Source of the DNA: Octopus sinensis
Taxonomy: Eukaryota
Assembly: GCF_006345805.1 (NCBI RefSeq)
Contig: NC_043012.1
Span: forward strand, 53,444,001 to 53,508,000
Direction of reading: 5' to 3'
DNA length: 64,000 nucleotides
The notes under the pieces were generated by a model, which saw only the letters and a program-made list of their open reading frames with translations, made no database searches and was not told the origin of the DNA. Shown in pieces: positions 50,830-63,564 of this stretch. Position 1 is the stretch's first letter. Every line of letters begins with the position of its first letter. Position numbers and translations under genes: made by a program.

Positions 50830-51805
50830 TGTTAGGCTACCGATTGCTACGCCATCAAACTTTATCACTTTCGTTTCTACCTTTCGTACTTTTCTTGAGT
50901 TCACCTCTGTGATCTCCGACACTTCTGTCGGCTTTCTTGATATCTTTCGCTCTATTGCTCCCCTCGCCCACTTTCCCAATACTTCCACCTTTTTCAAACA
51001 TACTGGCTTCCACATCTACCTTAACTTCCACACTAAACGGGCTATTTCCAATTTCTCGATCTCCGATCTCTCTGCGTCCGCGCGCAGGATTTTGAGATTC
51101 ACACTCAATATCTGGCCCTGCAGTTCACTCACCGCGGATACCCCTCTACATTTGTCCAGGTCACCCTTGCCAGTGGCCGGCAATTTGATTGCACTAAAGC
51201 CTTCCGCTCATCCACCTCTGAACTGCCTCCTCTTTCCCCTCATTTTCCACTCCTCCACCTTACCCCCATTGTCAGAAGATCATACTGGCCTTCCGCCGTC
51301 TTCAATCAGATCACACTTTCCTCCCCGTTTTTCCCAATTCCTCCTTGCCTTCCTTCAAATGCGTCCGTAACCTAAGCGACTTACTGGTTCCTAACTCCTT
51401 TCCTTCCTCTACTGCTACCCATCCTTCTCGAGCTCCAGACCTCATTGCCACACCTGTCCATTCATTACCAACATCACCTCTCTCACTAGAACTAACCAAC
51501 ATTCTATATGTAGTACTCTTACATATCTTCCAATATTTTCTATTATTCAATGCACTCTTTGTAACTGTCAATATGTCGGTCAATCGGGCCGTGGACTAGC
51601 CGACCGATTTATCGAACATCTATGGGATATCCGCCTGCGAATAAATAATTCCACTGCCGATCATTTTTGCTCTGCCAGCTCTTTCCACAAGCCGATTCCC
51701 TGTCTTAGGCCTCACCTTGCACCATGGAACCATCACCACCAGACTTCGTCTTGAACAGCACTACATCAGCTCTCTTCAAACCCATATACCGTCTGGACTG
51801 AACAT
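50830..51805 (+). pseudogene. PLE RT C-terminus plus GIY-YIG remnant
   Basis: LEFTSVISDTSVGFLDI..FKHTGFHIYLNF..HTKRAI; IQCTLCNCQYVGQSGRGLADRFIEHL; RLRLEQHYISSLQTHIPSGLN. Confidence 0.85.
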
Positions 51806-52490
51806 CCCACTCTTTCCAGTAACATATTTCACAAACCTTTAAAACAAAAAATTAATTTCAAATTTTCATATTTTAATTTTGATTTTTTAATCTTAATATT
51901 TTAAATTTAATTCATTCTTAATTTTAATTCATCATCCGCGCACTTCCACACACCCACATACATGGTTTGCAACCCCCCCACCACCACCACCACCAAATAC
52001 TACAAACATACCTACCACACACACACCCACACGTTTGATATTTTGGCATGTAGAAAAAATCCTTCGTGCACACCAGACATATACACACACACACACAGAT
52101 ATATACACACGCGCAGACATATACACACTCACACACGCACGCACACGCAAACATATATATACACAAATACATACACACACTCATATGCACGCACACAAAC
52201 ACACACACACACAGCAACACCAACGCACTCACGTTCTTGACACCTCGCCTGTAACCACCAAATAATCTAATTGCCATCGTTAACCTGTTCACACCACTTC
52301 CGCACGCATACATCACTTACATAAAAACAAACCCACGTGCGCACACACATAATAGCACACTCACTCTGTCCATTTCCTTCTCGAGCTCCTGCCTTAGAAA
52401 TTCATTTTCTCTATCTTTCTCTCTCCTTCCGATCTCATCATCTTTATGATCCTACTGTGGTTTTCCTCCTCTCAGGACCTTTCATTTCCC

Positions 52491-52528
52491 CTCTTTCTGA
52501 AGAAGAGCTATACTCGAAACGTTATGCA
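52491..52528 (+). ncRNA. Minimal type I hammerhead, intact core, eroded stem I
   Basis: CTGAAGA-A-GAG(CTATA)CTC-GAAAC-GTT. Confidence 0.65.
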
Positions 52529-52630
52529 TTCACTCGTTCTTTCCATCTACTGAGTGTCAACCTAATATATTCATGCTGTACGTCCTTTTGACTTTGGTTC
52601 ATTTGTTATTTTAAATTTGAGATTAGCTTG

Positions 52631-52677
<47 letters not shown>

Positions 52678-52759
52678 AGTATTGTAGTTCGGGATGGCCA
52701 CTTTTCTAATTTATTATTTTTTTTTTTTGCTAAATAAACACATGCGCTATATATTCACT

Positions 52760-53112
52760 CGCTTACTCTTTTACTCTTTTACTTGTTTCAGTCATTTGAC
52801 TGCGGCCATGCTGGAGCACCGCCTTTAGTCGAGCAAATCGACCCCGGGACTTATTCTTTGTAAGCCCAGTACTTATTCTATCGGTCTCTTTTGCCGAACC
52901 GCTAAGTGACGGGGACGTAAACACACCAGCATCGGTTGTCAAGCAATGATAGGGGGGCCAAACACAGACACACAAACACACACACACATACATATATACA
53001 TATATATATACATATATACGACAGGCTTCTTTTCAGTTTCCGTCTACCAAATCCACTCACAAGGCATTGGTCGGCCCTGGGCTATAGCAGAAGACACTTT
53101 CCCAAGATGCCA
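52760..53112 (-). mobile_element. SINE family A lacking its head
   Basis: Well-conserved tail and body up to gcccaag. Confidence 0.85.
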
Positions 53113-53598
53113 CAGTGAAGAAAAAAATATATAGTGCGTTTGCGTGTGTTTACTTGGCAAGAAAAAATGACCAAACCGAAATACAACAATATCTGTTTCA
53201 ACGCAGGATTTCACATCAGGAATCTTGCAAAAGCGAAATGATAAACATTATGTATATATATATATTTATATCATATATAGTAGAAAGGCGATACTGCTCA
53301 GTTATTCGGGCATAAAATGTTCGACGGATCAAGATGCCCCAGGAGGGTGAAAAAAAAGTAAGGCAGTAGAACAGCTCTCCTGGGAAGCCTGAGCTTCGGT
53401 AATCAGCAAGTGTGAGTGAGGAGAAAGTATTTAAAGCGGTGGAGAAACAGCGGGAGGTTGTGGAGAAGAGACATAACATGTAAGAGAGGAATAAAAAGAA
53501 AAGGAGACGAGATATTCATTAAGAAATGCAAACGACCTCAACAGAACAAGCCTCGATTGTTACCTATTGTATAGCAATGCCACACAGACTGAAGAATG

Positions 53599-53631
<33 letters not shown>

Positions 53632-53716
53632 ATTATATATATATAAATATGTGTGTGTATGCATACTTATATATAAATATATGTATACGTATACATATAC
53701 ATAATATGCACACACT

Positions 53717-53765
<49 letters not shown>

Positions 53766-53787
53766 ATGTTCAAAATGTCATTCAAAA

Positions 53788-53992
53788 TATGACCGCGTGC
53801 GTACCGTTGGCGATTTTTTTCCTCTGTCTTCCCTTCTCTGGATCTTTCCTTTTATGTTTCCGACGAAGAGCTCCGCTCGAAACGTTAAACCCTCCTTCTT
53901 CCGTTCCTTCCTGAGCGTCCAATAATACTATATTTGTTCCTCGTCCTCGCGTTGTTGTGTTTTCTCTTTGTGTTTTCATGTTTGGATTAACT
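53788..53992 (+). mobile_element. Solo PLE pseudo-LTR in (TA)n context
   Basis: Carries the hammerhead at 53856-53890; second copy at 7795-7980. Confidence 0.75.
53856..53890 (+). ncRNA. Minimal type I hammerhead with CCGACGA core
   Basis: GTTT-CCGACGA-A-GAGC(TCC)GCTC-GAAAC-GTT-AAAC; both stems pair perfectly. Confidence 0.72.
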
Positions 53993-54218
53993 ATATATGT
54001 ATATATGTATAATGTATGTATGCATTTATATACATATATACACATATACATAATATACACACACACACACATATATATATATACATATATACACACATAT
54101 ATGTGTGTATGTTTATGTATGTATGTATATACGTATGTATATACAGAGAGAAAATATATATATATTCAAAGAGAGAGAGAGAGCGAGAGAAGGACAGACA
54201 CACAAACAGAAACGTATG

Positions 54219-54250
<32 letters not shown>

Positions 54251-54796
54251 TGTATGTATATATATATATATATACATACATATATATATATATATACATA
54301 TATATACACATGTTTTAATAAAAATATGTGTAGGTGCGTGTTTGTGTATCTATGTATACATGCACACATATAGATAGATAGACAGATAGATAGATAGATA
54401 GATGTATATGCACACATATATGTGTATGTGTGTGTTTATTAAAGTTCTCTATTGTTTCATGGTAGCCATTAGTTCAATGTTTGCGCTGACTGGTAAGAAT
54501 GTGGTGGGAGGTGCTCAGTTGACACTTCAACAGAGATTGTTATGTCAATATGGTAAAGTCATTTTTAGGGCAATGTTCTGAACTTCCGGTTATTCTATTG
54601 AAAAGCTGTAAATTATTTACAACTGGTGCATTAATCGGAATATATTGAATATGACCACTGTTTTGCCTGATTAAGTTTATTTCCCAATGTAATCAAGATA
54701 TTGATAATAATAACAATAATGATAATGATAATAATGATAATAATAATAATAATAATGATAATAATGATAATATTGATAATAATAATAATAATAATA

Positions 54797-55276
54797 ATTG
54801 TTTTGTCTTGGTATAAAAGATGGGCTACAGCAAATATTCTGCTCAATACCACAATACTTGTCAGTTGTTTGACCTTAACCAGTTGAGCATGTCCCTTAGT
54901 GGCTGACGATATGTGCATCTCTGATCACGAGCAGAAGTAGTGGAGGAGCATCATAGTCATGTGTTGAGAGGGATTCTTTGGGGTTTGAATAGTTCACCTC
55001 TGGAAACATGGGTGGTTCTTTCAACATCCTTAAACAACCCTTATTCAGGGACCGTTTGGGCGGGATGGGCTACTCAACCTGAAGAAAATTCTAACTGGGC
55101 CCCACCTGCAAGGTCATGTGCTGTTTATCTTGATATGAGATCACCATGTCGCGCACATATGGTTGTGATGCATGTGCCTAGTGTACCTTTATCAGACGGG
55201 TAGTCATGATGGGTATATTGGGCTTCGTATATTTTACCCCAGTGTCACTTTGATGGCATGAACTGCTCTCTCACTC
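54797..55276 (-). mobile_element. Full copy of the (TAA)n-associated element, opposite orientation to 4569-5057
   Basis: Flanked by (ATA)n on both sides; same termini. Confidence 0.82.
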
Positions 55277-55327
<51 letters not shown>

Positions 55328-55329
55328 TC

Positions 55330-55745
55330 TTTTACACTTTACTCTTGTACTTGTTTCAGTCATTTGACTGTGGCCATGCTTGAGCACCGCCTTTCGTCGA
55401 ATCAAATTGCCCGCAGAACTTATTCTTTGTAAGCCTAGTACTTATTCCATCGGTCTCTTTTGCCGAACCTCTAAGTTATGGGGACCTAAACACACCAGCA
55501 TCGGTTGTCAAGCGATGCTGGAGGGACAAACACAGATACACAACATATGCACACACATACATATACATATATACATATATACGACGGGCTTCTTTCAGTT
55601 TCCGTCTACCAAATCCACTCACAAGGCTTTGGTCGGCCCGAGCCTATAGTTGAAGACACATGCCCAAGGTGCCACGCAGTGGGACTGAACCCGGAACCAT
55701 GTGGTTTGTAAGCAAGCTACTTACCACACAACCACTTCTGCGTCT
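55330..55745 (-). mobile_element. SINE family A, full length
   Basis: Complete head, internal SSR and tail. Confidence 0.88.
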
Positions 55746-55746
55746 T

Positions 55747-55777
<31 letters not shown>

Positions 55778-55833
55778 CAATTATTATTATTATTATTATT
55801 ATTATTATTGTTGTTGTTGTTGTTGTTTTTGTT

Positions 55834-55886
<53 letters not shown>

Positions 55887-55888
<2 letters not shown>

Positions 55889-56115
55889 ATCCTGCTCATG
55901 ACACTTTCTGCATTTCGGGTCAGTGCCATCGTTCATTATTTTGTTGTAGTAAACCCTGGTTGCCAGAATTTGATCTTGTGCTACTATGATAAAATCTTCG
56001 CTTTCAGCCTTCAGTCCTGAGCTCTTCATCCATACATGTGTGTTTCGTTTTTCTACGTCTGGTTTGTTCACTCTACAGGGGTATCGGCCATGCATCGGTT
56101 TTTCTAGCCATTCTT
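55887..56115 (-). pseudogene. R4/Dong-like LINE fragment embedded in trinucleotide arrays
   Basis: MHGRYP...WMKSSGLKAESEDFIIVAQDQILATRVY..DPKCRKC. Confidence 0.8.
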
Positions 56116-56116
56116 C

Positions 56117-56166
<50 letters not shown>

Positions 56167-56225
56167 TATCTTATTATCATTATTATTATTATTATTATAT
56201 TATTATTATTATTATTATTATTATT

Positions 56226-56455
56226 ACTGAGTGAGGAAGCAGTGCATGCCATCAATGTCACACTGGTGTAAAATATACTACCCGTGTGACAAGGGCACAC
56301 CAGACACGTGCATCACAGCAATATGTGCGCAACATAGTGACTTTGTATCAAGATAAACAGCACATGACCTTGCAGGTGGGTCCCAGTTAGAATTTTCTTC
56401 AGGTCGAGTAGGCCATGCCACTCAAAAGGTCCCTGAATAAGGGTTGTTTAGGATG
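56226..56455 (+). mobile_element. Partial (TAA)n-associated element
   Basis: Starts at (TTA)n with gagtgaggaagcagtgcatgccatcaa; matches 4570-4820. Confidence 0.78.
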
Positions 56456-57525
56456 TTGTTGTTGGTATTATTGATAGTTCACTACCTGCAATACACAAAA
56501 CGGAAAAATCAACTTGACTGCTATTATTAAACAAGTTGTCTTTTTCAGAATTTATAATCTTCAGTAACATCTGAACTGGAAAGAATTTCCCTAACCATTT
56601 TCCTTAATTCTAATTTGTACAATTGTGGTTTCTATTGTAATATCACTGGTCTCCTAAATTTCTAACCTCTCTTTTGGTATTGGAATTTGAGAATGTTTAT
56701 GATGTGTTCTGAACTAATGATGTCTGAAATTAAATTAGGAACCTACCTGAAAAAAAAGTGTTCTTTATCTGGACATCTTATGAATGAACTTACGCTGTGT
56801 ATTCATTGCTATTGTAAGACCAAAAACATCGTTAGTTTCTCGGATTCATTGTTATTGAGAATTGTCACATTGAAAATCTTTCAATATTTAATATGACATT
56901 TCCTGATTAGTTCTTTTGTTCGATTTAACTATAAACAGCGAAGTCCATGCCAAAATACCAACTTCTTTGAACAGTTTTAGCGAAATTTCTATAACAAGTT
57001 TTCACCTCTGCGGCAAATCTTTCGTCATAATGTCTTCACTTAGTGATGGCCAAATTATTACGAGAATTGTTATACGATAATTCTATTGTTACAAGATAAT
57101 ACTATATTTGCATACACACGCACACAGTCATAATTAAGTATGCGCATTCTTCTTCACTGCTCAGTCTTTCCTTGACTCTCAGCTATACCAGCGCCAATAA
57201 TCCTTCACTTGCTCGAAAGACATAGTCCTTTGTCACGTATCTAGGGGTTCCAACCGGTAAGCTATCTTACCACGTGGTGAATAATTTTGGAAGCTATGAC
57301 AGAATGTCTTTTCTACTTAGTTTTGTGTAGTCTCCTCATTAATTTACCCAACTACTTCAGTTTCTTCCATCTTATCGGAATGATAATAGTGCATGTTATA
57401 TGGGTGTCCTCTCATGGTATCATTAGTATATACAGCAAACACAACATTTCAGTAAATGTTGATCTCCATATCTCCTTCCATTTTAGGACTCATGTTTCTG
57501 TTGGATAAGACCGTATGTACTAGTC

Positions 57526-57870
57526 TCTTCAATGCTGCAGTCGTACCAGAGCTCATATACGCAAACTGAGACATGGACTACTACAAGAAAGGAAGAGCAA
57601 CAAATGACTACACAGAACGCCATGGAAAGATCCAGGTTTGGAATATCATTCTGGAGCACATCTGAATCGATCTGAGTGGAATGAACGGTGTGATTGCGAA
57701 ATACCGAAAGCACACGTTCCTCTCGAACGAACTTCTTGCTTGTGGAGTTGCCAAAAGGTATCCAAGAGATCAGAATAGAGTAGTCGGAAAATTTCCAGGA
57801 GAATGGAATGATGGTATAATGGAAAAAACTTCAGACCTGTTTGGAAGAGGGGAGCGCAATGAAAACAATG
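57526..57870 (+). pseudogene. RTE-clade LINE C-terminal remnant
   Basis: FNAAVVPELIYA/ETWTTTRKEEQQ..QNAMERS..; YPRDQNRVVGKFPGEWNDGI resembles the RTE WYPR...GRP..RW motif. Confidence 0.65.
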
Positions 57871-58726
57871 GAAGTGCATTTTGTCAGTTGCAAGACATTC
57901 CGATAGCCTAATAATAGAGTAACAAAGTGATATGGGTATATTTGTATGTATGTTTAATACATGCATAATGTAATAAAGTGGTATATTTGTATATTTGTAT
58001 GCAGGCTTAATACACGCATAATGTATGTGTATGAGTGTGTGTATGCATATAATGTTGTGTGTGTGTGTGTGTGTCCTTGTTTGTCCCCCAACCGTTTGAC
58101 AACTGGTCTTTGTTTTGTTTATGTCCTCGTAAATTAGCGGTTTGACAAAGGACATGGATAGAATAAGTACTCAGCTTGTTAATTAACCATAAATAATACA
58201 GGATGGTGCTCCAGCATAGCCGCAGTCTGATGACTGAAACAAGATAAAAGATTAAATATATATTTGATCTACAATTCGAACTACCAAGTCAAGATTCGTT
58301 CAATTTAAGTTTCATCTTACGTTTTTACCTTTATATAATGGTAAATAATTATGTTGTGTCGCTAAGTCACAGATTAAAATAGAGACATTAATTTGGCATT
58401 TGATTGTGGCCAAGCCGGAGCACCACCTTCAAGAGTTTAGTCGAAGAAATTGACTCAAGCAATTTCTTCTAAAAGTTTGGTATTAGGTCTATTGGGCCTT
58501 TTGCTTAACTGGACGTAAACAAACTAACACCGCTTGCCAAGCGGCGGGTTGGGATAAACACAAAGACATATAAATATATATATATTTACACACAGACGGT
58601 CGCACACACACAGACATATATATACATATAAACATAAATATATATATATATATGTATATATAAACATTAATATATATATATATATATATGTCTATATAAA
58701 CATTAATATATATATATATATATTAT

Positions 58727-58775
<49 letters not shown>

Positions 58776-58787
58776 TATATAATAATA

Positions 58788-58842
<55 letters not shown>

Positions 58843-58888
58843 TATATGTATATATATATATGTATATATGTATATATATATACTTGAT

Positions 58889-59243
58889 AATTAGGGTTCA
58901 GCAAAGATTTGCTTCACCGCATACCGAAGTTTAGAAATAGCAGTCAAAAAAATCTTAGCTATTTCTTCTACTTTAAAAGGGGCTCCCAGAAAAACCAAAG
59001 TACTTGAAAACAATCCACGCAGGCAAAAGGGAAAAATAAAGAAAATCAATCGATATTAGGTTACCCACGTACGCGCATTTCGGAATTAGATCGGTGTAAA
59101 ATGAAATAATTATGGTTTACCCGACCATTTTCGGCTCTTCAGCCTGGGATTCCTCAAATATTAATTATTAAATATTAAATTTGAAGACACTGGAAAATAT
59201 CTCTTCGGTATGTGGTGAAGCAAATCTTTGCTGAACCCTAATT
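58889..59243. mobile_element. Fold-back element with ~41 bp inverted ends, class unresolved
   Basis: aattagggttcagcaaagatttgcttcaccgcataccgaag and its reverse complement; no TSD found; related end at 36643-36682. Confidence 0.65.
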
Positions 59244-59345
59244 CTAAAGTATTACTTAAGCTTACCATGAAAAGGTCTTTTTCATGCCGAATTCTACTTG
59301 GTGAAATTACTGATTACTTCTTAATTAATTAATTTTACCCTTTGT

Positions 59346-59392
<47 letters not shown>

Positions 59393-60492
59393 ATGTTGAT
59401 ACTGAAATATGACCGACTCCCACAATGTTTCCGTCTATCAAATTCACTTTGAAGGTGTTGGTTGGCGCGGCCCCATATTAGTAACTCAAGGTTCCGCACA
59501 GTAGCAATGAGCCGTACACGCGATTCGAAAGCAAGCCTCTTAACCACACACCCTTGTCTGGAAAGAATAATTTCTTACTTCCATATCAACATTTATAACC
59601 TTCATTATCACAATAAATTATTATTTTTACTATTTGAATATTTTAAATACAAGTCACGGGGTGATGGAATGGCAGAAACGGTGGAGTTAAGTATATTAGC
59701 GAGATCTTTTGCTCCTTCTGAGTTGAAATCCTTCTGGGGTGAATATATAATCTGTGTTGAAGCTAACCTATTAGCATCCAAATGTAATGCTATAAATTTT
59801 TGTGTTAAAGTATTCTTTAGTTATGAGAATTGTGGGAACGTATTCATACATTTGCATATATGCATTTACATATCTCATTGGGATACGTGGAATATAGTTT
59901 ACATTTGAAACGATTAAAAATAGTTAATGCATGCACATAGTAAAGTGTCAGGTTGTAGAGAAATTACTTTCTGGTTTTTAGTATATATTTAAAAATTCAC
60001 ACATGATATTTAATGCTGCAAATTTAATCATCTTCATTATCCCTTTCATTTTCTATAACCTCTTCCCACTACTTGTAAATTTTTTAATGCCTAGTTTGAA
60101 AAACTCGCTGGAGTTTTAATTAAAATATATTTAATTCGCTTTCTGTATTTTCGATGCTAACCGTACATTTCCCGTCTAAATAGCTTTGCAATGATCTAAA
60201 TAAATAGAAGTTTGACAGACGAAAGATCTGGAGAATATTGAGGGTATAGCACTTTACTCCATCACAGTGACACCAGACCACTTTTAACGACTTGTGCACC
60301 GTAAGGTTAAACATAGTTTTGATGAAAGTGAGTTTATTGCTATGATATATTAAAGCAGGAAGTTTTCTATTCGAAGCAGCCTATAAACAGAAAAGTTGCA
60401 GATATTTGAAGTGATTGTTTGATTTGACTTTGAAAGCTTACCCTTTTATTCTTTTACTTGTTTCAGTCATTTGACTGCGGCAATGCTGGAGC

Positions 60493-62516
60493 ATACCGCG
60501 GAAGTCAGGAAGCAAGAGTAACGACAGTAAAATGGCGGCAGAGAAGAATCGAGTTATGAAATAGAAACCTTTATCAGGTCGATTACATGAACATTTTGGA
60601 TTTAAATTGTTAGCTAACGGTAATATCAAAATTCCTGATAACGTTTATTGCGACTGATCGTTCGCATATCATGGACCTAACACATCGCTTACTTACCACC
60701 TTCAAAACAAACACGTGCTACAATGTTCGAAACCTCATCTCGCAAAGTCAGCTTCATTTAGTCAGTCTACAGCGGCGGTGTCATCTACCTCCAAGCAGAC
60801 TCTTTTGAGTCAGTTTTATCTTCGGTCTGATCATCTGGTGAGTGCGACATTAAAAAATCACTTGCAAACTGGGTAGCTAATAATGGTAGACCAACATCGA
60901 TAGTAGAAGATGATGGTCGTCAGCAAGTATTACATGTAGCACTTCAAAATACCGAATGTAAACTACATTGTCGGTGCACTATTGATAGAATGTTGCCTGA
61001 TATTTATAATAGCAAAAGAGAGTGTTTTAGAAGTAATGAAAAATTCAAAGGCAATTGCGCTAACATCTGGTTTTTGGACATCCCTAGGTAATGAAAGTTA
61101 TTGCGGAATCACCGACCATTGGATTGCTGGTGAATGGAATTTAATAAGTGTTATTCTTGAATGTGTGCATGTTGTTGAACGTCACTATTCTAACAATGCT
61201 TCTGAGTTAAATTAACAATTTGTAAAAGACTGGAATACAACAAAGAAGATCCAAGTTCTAGTAACAGACAATGCACTAAATTTGGTTTCAGCTGCTAATT
61301 GAACTTGTTTGCTCATATTCCGTGTTTGGATCATAGCCTGCAGTTGATCATATTGCATGAATTTAAAGTCACAGATACAGAAACATTATTGGTTCAATGT
61401 CGAAAAATCCAAGGACATTTTAAACATAGCCATATCCACACAAATGAATTGCAGAATTGTAGGGATTCGCCTTTGCGCAAACTACAGCAAGATGCTCCAG
61501 GAAGATGGAATAGTATTTTCTAATGCTGCAGAGTCTGCTGCAGGCCAGAGAAGCAATAACTACCTACATGTCAGACGAAGAGAAGTAATATAAAGGTCCA
61601 AAACTGTTCGATTCTGATTGGGAAAAGATTTCAAAATACATCAACGTTTTAGACTTATTCTGTCAGGATATAGTCCTGCTTGGCAGTGCAAAATATGTGT
61701 TGTTTAGCTGTGTATTGCCATTGTTATTGCCTTTGACACAGCACATGACGGTAAATGATGATAGTCCAGGTCATATAGCTAGATTCAAGGCGGCATCAGT
61801 TAATGACTTCAGCAAACGTGTAGCTGATATGAAAAGTATTGAAATATTACAGAGTGCAACAGCACTTGATCCACGATATAAAAACTTGAAGTGCTTATCA
61901 GACTATTCAAAAGAACAAACTGGGTCACTTATAGGACAACAAATAGCAGTTGATGTTAATGCTGACAGGTTGCACAAGATGATACTGACAGAGTCAATAA
62001 AACTATATGCAAACCTAATGAAAGTCGCATTAAGCTGATGGAGTCTGACTCAGATTTAGAAGAGGCTGTCGAAAACGCTTCTGATGAAGTACAGCGATAT
62101 AAAATGGAGAAAAAAATTGCTGAATCAATTGATCCAATACAATGGTGGAAACTTAATGAACATCGATATCCGAGATTGGCATTTTTTGCCAACACTCTTC
62201 TGTGCATACCAGCTACCTCAGTTCCGTGTGAACGATTATTTAGCTCTACTGGTTAAATTGTTAAAAAGACGCGCTCATTACTTGAACAAAATACTGTGTG
62301 TTTGCGTAATTAGTTAACCAACAGCATTTGAGTGAGAAATGCCTATGCTATTTCTTGCTTTAAACTGAATTTCAATTGAAATATCATAAACTTATTAATA
62401 AATGCAACTGCAGACATTTTTGTGTTTTAATCGAAATTACCTATTAATTAATCATTAATCATTAATCATTTCTCAAAAGTTAATTATTAAAATTAAATTA
62501 AGCATTACCAGCCCTG
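60493..62516 (+). mobile_element. hAT DNA transposon remnant lacking its left TIR
   Basis: Right end ...cattaccagccctg with (ATTAATC)x3 subterminal repeats; transposase pseudogene inside. Confidence 0.85.
60532..62320 (+). pseudogene. hAT (ZBED1/Ac-like) transposase, multiply disrupted
   Basis: BED-finger remnant (HFGF..FAYHGPNTSLTYHLQNKH), ALTSGFWTS, VTDNA, CLDHSLQL, dimerisation motif WWKLNEHRYPRLAFFANTLLCIPATSVPCERLFS. Confidence 0.9.
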
Positions 62517-62682
62517 ATATATATACGACGGTCTTCTTTCAGTGTCCGTCTACCAAATCCACTCACAAGGCTTTGGTCGGCCCAAGGCTATAGTAGAAGA
62601 CACTTGCTCAAGATTCCACGCAGTGGGACTGAACCCGGAACCATGTGGTTGGGAAGTAATCTTCTTACAACACAGCCACACT
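62517..62682 (-). mobile_element. SINE family A, 5' half, abutting the hAT right TIR
   Basis: atatatatacgacgg...cacagccacac. Confidence 0.85.
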
Positions 62683-62814
62683 TAAGTCTATAATGAATAT
62701 TTCAATATCTCAAGAAATAGATACTAAAACATCGTTAATGTAACTCGTGCATGTGATGCGAATTTTCTTTTTATTTGGGCTGAGTGCGGCGCTTAATACT
62801 GCTTTAAAGAATAA

Positions 62815-63200
62815 GGCGGTGAGCTGGCAGAATCGTTAACAGGACGGACAAAGTCCCGAGGTGGACTTTGCCTTTCATCACTTTCGAGGTCGTTAAAATA
62901 AATACCAACTGAGTAATGGGAAACGATGTAATCGACTTCACCCCTCCCTCGATATTGCATGCTTTGTGCTAAAATTTGAAACCAATATTAGTCTTGGAAT
63001 GGCGGCTAGCAGGTAGAATCATTAGTATGCCAGAGAAAATGTTTAACGACATTTCATGCGTCTTTACATTATGAGTTCAAATTCCGCTGACGTCGGGGGT
63101 CGATAAATTAAGTTCCAGTGAAGTAATGGAGGTCGATGTAATCAACTTAACCCCCTCCCCGGAAACTGCTAGCCTTTTACCAAAATTGGAAACCAGTATT
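62815..63200 (+). mobile_element. Two adjacent SINE family B variants
   Basis: Heads at 62815 (ggcggtgagctggcagaatcg) and ~63000; both end with aaaatttgaaaccaat-type tails. Confidence 0.7.
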
Positions 63201-63564
63201 TCTTTAAAGGAATCCAATTTTCATTTAGTGTCACGATCCGGTTTCAAAATGGCTTGCTTAGAGGTTACATGTTTCGTGCGATTTGCAAACTTCTTCACAA
63301 CCGGTGCTGGTTTTTTACGTCCCCGTAACTCAGCAGCTCGTCAGAAGCGAATGACAGAATAAGCAGCGGAACTTTTTTTAAATAGGTACTGAATTTGTTG
63401 GACCAAACAATTCAGGGTGGTGCCCCAGTATGGCCGCAGCCCAAATACTGAAACAAATAATACATAAAAGTTAAAGATTTATAAATGATCGCATATAATT
63501 ATTTCTCCATTTGTTTATTTTGGATGGCAATTTCCGGAAGATTCTAATCATACTAAGCTGACAA

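Larger units (their letters stand above)
50790..52625 (+). mobile_element. 5'-truncated Penelope-like element (RT thumb, GIY-YIG, 3' pseudo-LTR)
   Basis: Coding remnants below plus a hammerhead-bearing 3' repeat ending at (TA)n(TG)n. Confidence 0.75.
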
